Part shown: positions 60,307 through 64,000 of the stretch, in pieces
Layout of the letters: each line of letters starts with the position of its first letter
Position numbering within the stretch: position 1 is the first letter of the stretch
NCBI GenBank assembly: GCA_963693365.1
Contig: CAVNZM010000001.1
Span: 20,654,125 to 20,718,124, forward strand
Length of the DNA: 64,000 nt
Reading direction: 5' to 3'
DNA from: Amoebidium appalachense
Lineage: Eukaryota > Protista > Ichthyosporea
Program-made: the position numbers and the translations under genes
Notes under the pieces: generated by a model
Databases searched by the model: none
Seen by the model: the letters and a program-made list of their open reading frames with translations, nothing else
Told to the model about the DNA's origin: nothing

Positions 60307-61827
60307 AAAAAAAAAAAAAAAAAAGTGACAATAAGAGCCATGATAAGCAAAATGGTCACAATCATAATGATACAAACAATCATATTACAAAGGACAATAA
60401 TAGCAATAACAATATGGTGATGTTTAGGGTAGTAATAATAACAAGAACAACCACAACATGTAGTAATAATAAAAAGAACAACAACAACATGTAGTAATAT
60501 TAAAAAGAACAACATCAACAACATGTAGTAATCTAAAAAAAAGCAACAACAGGACCAACAACACCCACAATGTCAACAACAACCACAATAGCCCCGTAGC
60601 ACCACATCATGTGGGCGTATACCTCTGCCAGCGGTATGTCTTTGTTTTCTGCCCCCTCGTTTCTGGCTGCCGGCTGCCTTCTTTGCTTCTTCACCTTTCT
60701 CCCCGGGCTGTGTTATGCAAGAAAGTGTAAGTATTCAATTCTCCTTTTTTGCGTTCCTCTCCCTACTTATGAAAAAATTATCCCCCTTTTTTTTTTTTTT
60801 TGGGGGGGGGGGGGGGGGGGAGGGGGGGAAGGAAGGGGCGAGGGGAACGGTGGGTGGGAGAGGGGGGGGGGGAGATTTACAGTATATATGTTCCTTGAAC
60901 TAGGGTGGATTAAACTAGGGCTAGTCGTGTGGCTGCAAGCAAAGGGCCTCTGTCAAGACAGGCTGTATAGTGTGCCCCTTCTGCACCTGTACAACGGCCC
61001 TTTCAGATCCCTCTCCCCGCCCCAACCCATCCCCATTCTTAGTACCCTTATCCATACCCCCCCCCCCCCCCCCCCCTCTCCCTCTCCCTCCCCGCCCCCC
61101 ACCCCATAAAAATATAATAATAATAATAAAATAAAAATAAATCATACGATAAGAACTTGGAGAGGAGGAGGAGGAGGAATGAAAAATGAAACCACGCAGG
61201 TGGGTGTGCCCCACCAGGCCAGACAAGGTTGTGCTCACCGCTGAAGTTTCGTGTTCGGACCCCTCCAAGCCCTCCTCCTGCTCACCCTCAGTATCCGTGG
61301 TGTCTGCAAGCACACGCCCTTTCGAGTTAGCAAGACATGACCACAAAGATCGGTTGTAATAAACAGTTTTATTTTTCTACAACCCACCAAGCGCAAACCC
61401 CCTCCCCTTGTCTTTTGCAGGGGCATGTTGCCAACAGCTCAACCTTACGGCAACTTAACGCATTCTAGCGCCACCCCTCCTCCCCCCCCCCCCCCCCCCT
61501 CCCTCCCCCCCTTCTCCCTGCCCCTCTACCTCGGGGCACCCCCTCTCCCCGCAAAGCGCCTCGCTTTTCCCCCGAACTGGCCACCTCCTTTCACTTTTAT
61601 TTCCCATCCCCTTCCTTTTAGCTGCTACTACGCCCAAACACGATTCACCAGAGCCTTTGATAACACCAGTAAACGCTATAATTATTCACACCACTCAACC
61701 CAACCACCTGCGCCTCCACTTTCTGCCACTAGAGCCAACCACGATCGTCATCCCCACAGCCACACATACCCCCGCCTGGCGTGTTGTCGGGCTGGTGGTT
61801 GTCCACCTCCACCCCTTCCGCATCCAT
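53561..61827 (-). CDS. Large protein with 25 C-x-H-(G)-x5-6-C-x2-C putative zinc-binding repeats in three clusters; putative nucleic-acid-binding regulator
   Basis: Start [12 protein letters not shown] (61770-61827) splices in frame to ~61238-61318, ~60625-60708 and the repeat exon from ~60018 (12 repeats). One repeat at ~57270-57300, 6 at ~56170-56490 (e.g. [18 protein letters not shown]), 6 at ~55190-55530. LDSLLALSQ motif at ~54560; last exon stops at 53561. A few frame jumps fall in G/C homopolymers, so it could be more than one gene. Confidence 0.72.
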
Positions 61828-62024
61828 GCTGCCAGGTAAAAACAAAACCTCGAGTGTGCTCTATTGATGCTCTACGAAAGGACAGAAACAAAAGTAACGT
61901 TCGTTATCGTTCTGAAAGAATATATTGAAGAAGGATCATGTGCGGCAGGCAATCTCCCGAGGTGCGGCCACCAACCACCAATCAAACATGATAAAGTTTA
62001 GCTTTATATAACTACATAAAGCGG

Positions 62025-62070
62025 CCTACTATTGGTTAAATCAACATACTCGGGTGGGCCAATCAGATCA
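62025..62070. promoter_or_regulatory. Paired CCAAT boxes upstream of the zinc-repeat gene
   Basis: ATTGG (~62031) and GGCCAATCAG (~62058), about 200 bp from the ATG at 61827. Confidence 0.35.
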
Positions 62071-62651
62071 GGGTCAGAGGGTGGCGTTGCGCAAAACGTG
62101 GGGGGGGGGGGGGGTGAGGGTTGGTCATACCTCTCCTATCCATGGGGGGGGGGGGGGGGGGGGGGTTATGGGTGCTTTTTTCTGGGGGCCTTGAGTCCTC
62201 TCCTCGCCACGCCACCACACACCCCTACTCAATCCGAACCGCTCTACCAGACCCGGTCAGCACCGTGGCCGGGCCACCTGGGCTGTCATGCACCCCGTCC
62301 CTCAGTCTCTCCCTTTCTCTCCCTCTCGGTCTCTCTAGCTCTCTCTCTGTCTCTCTCTCTCTCTCCAATCCCCCTTCCCTCCCTCCCTCTCTCTCTCTCG
62401 CCCTCCCCCCCCTCATTCGCTCCCCCCCAACCCCCGCCCCTCAACCCCATCCCCACTGGTACCGCCCGCAACATATTACCAACTCGTTGCGCGTTCACCC
62501 CTATCCTTCCCTCCCCTGAAACATCCCCTACGTAGCCTCGAATTCGTGCTCGTTTCCATCGCCCTGCTTACCTGTTCCCGATACCAGAGTTCTCCTCGAG
62601 CTTTCTCCCTCCCCACCCTCCGTCCTCTTCCTCCCCCTCTCCCCTCCCCCC

Positions 62652-62695
<44 letters not shown>

Positions 62696-62987
62696 CCCAA
62701 AAAACAACTTCTCAGGCTTCCCTCACGGTGCCCCCCCGTCTCTTGTACCCGTTTTACACTTGTCAACCGGTCCACTCTCTGCTCGGTACTAAAACGTTTT
62801 CTTTTTATTTTACGGTTTGGCACCCAAATACTAAAAATTACAACCCACCCTCACAATATATTATCATTGTAGTCTATGAATAAACAGAATTTGGTGACTT
62901 GGTTCCGTCCTTTTCCTGCTGTACAAAGGCTCTCTTGCAGGTCTCTCTCCTTCTCTTCCTCCCCCCTTCCCCCCCCCTACCCCCCCC

Positions 62988-63020
<33 letters not shown>

Positions 63021-63542
63021 CCCTTCCTCTAGCTAACTCAGCTAACCCATGAGTGCTACCCTTTTCCCCAAGACCCCCTTCCCCCCGACACCTTGTGCCA
63101 CCGCACAAAACCACACACTCTCACTAAGACTCCCACCTCGGTCCCCGGCATACGCATATTCATCCACACTCAGAAGGCATTTCTTCTCCTCCGAGTCCTC
63201 TTCCTCCTCTTGCCCTCTATCTAGACCCACGTGCCCCTCTTCTTTTCGCCCACAGTGTTGTCCAAGCCCCATCTTGCTCCTACCCCCCCCCCCCCCCCCC
63301 CCCCGGCCCCCCCTCCCCCTCCCTCCCCCCCCCCCCCCCCCCCCCTCCTCCACCTTGGCACCCCTCCTTCGCTTCCCCACACTTGTCCCCAGTTTTCTGT
63401 CGCCGGTGTTGCCCAAGGTGTTAGCAACCGTTGTACAGCCCAAGCCTTTTGCCCATATCGAGAGCTGTAAGCAAAATGATGTGGCAACGTGTTGTGTTAC
63501 ACGTTGTGTATGTGTGTCGGTGGTATGTGTGTGACGGTGTGA

Positions 63543-63605
<63 letters not shown>

Positions 63606-63882
63606 CACACACATACGTCACGGTGCATGTGCGTGTCCGTGTGTGCGTGTGTGTGTGTGTGTCGGTGTGTGAGTGCGTGTGTATGTGTTACCGTAGTGTG
63701 TATTGGGGGGGAGGGGGGCGGGGGGGGGGGGGGGGGGGGGAGGGGAAAGGGGATGTATGCCCTGCCCTTCTTTTTCTCGCCCAATCACATTCTTCCTGGG
63801 CCACGGCATTTTGCTTCATCGTCTGATTCACTGTCTTCCTTTTCCTGCCCTCTTTCCTAGTTGCTTTGCTCCCCCCCCTCAA

Positions 63883-63917
<35 letters not shown>

Positions 63918-64000
63918 CCCCCCGTCGTCGTGGTTGATATGACCCGAGAAGGGTGGGGGGGGGTTATATTCGTTTGGCTCCCGCACAATGCCATGCCGCT

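Noticed and set aside
62200-64000. Possible additional gene at the right edge (exon-like 63393-63466 on +; acidic peptides on -)
   Set aside because: No recognisable domain, and no consistent exon chain or strand could be established.

Overview
Intron-rich eukaryotic genomic DNA, dense in (CA)n/(TG)n, (CT)n/(GA)n and poly-G/poly-C tracts. The gene content would fit a unicellular holozoan-like protist, but the organism cannot be proven from the sequence. Most ORF-track entries are low-complexity artefacts. Spliced genes reconstructed by hand: (1) the first exon of ZC3H15/TMA46 (-); (2) a head-to-head 9-exon FAAP100 homolog (+), whose ~7.4-kb first intron holds a decayed antisense gene; (3) an RA-REM-CDC25 RasGEF (-); (4) a signal-peptide + calmodulin-like EF-hand gene cut off by a LINE 3' fragment; (5) METTL18/HPM1 (+); (6) a large protein with 25 C-x-H-x(6,7)-C-x2-C repeats (-). 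The centre (~28.9-47.1 kb) is a transposon nest. It contains a decayed Ty1/Copia element interrupted by a 3.7-kb non-autonomous retroposon with a tRNA-like head, poly(A) tail and 13-14 bp TSD, whose 3' stem-loop tail matches the nearby LINE fragment. Most notable signals: this giant SINE-like element; a 28x42-bp array of the METTL18 exon/donor junction in which only the first donor avoids a stop codon; further minisatellites at splice signals; introns bracketed by complementary G/TG and C/CA repeats; and the modular zinc-repeat protein. All family assignments come from recalled motifs, not database searches.
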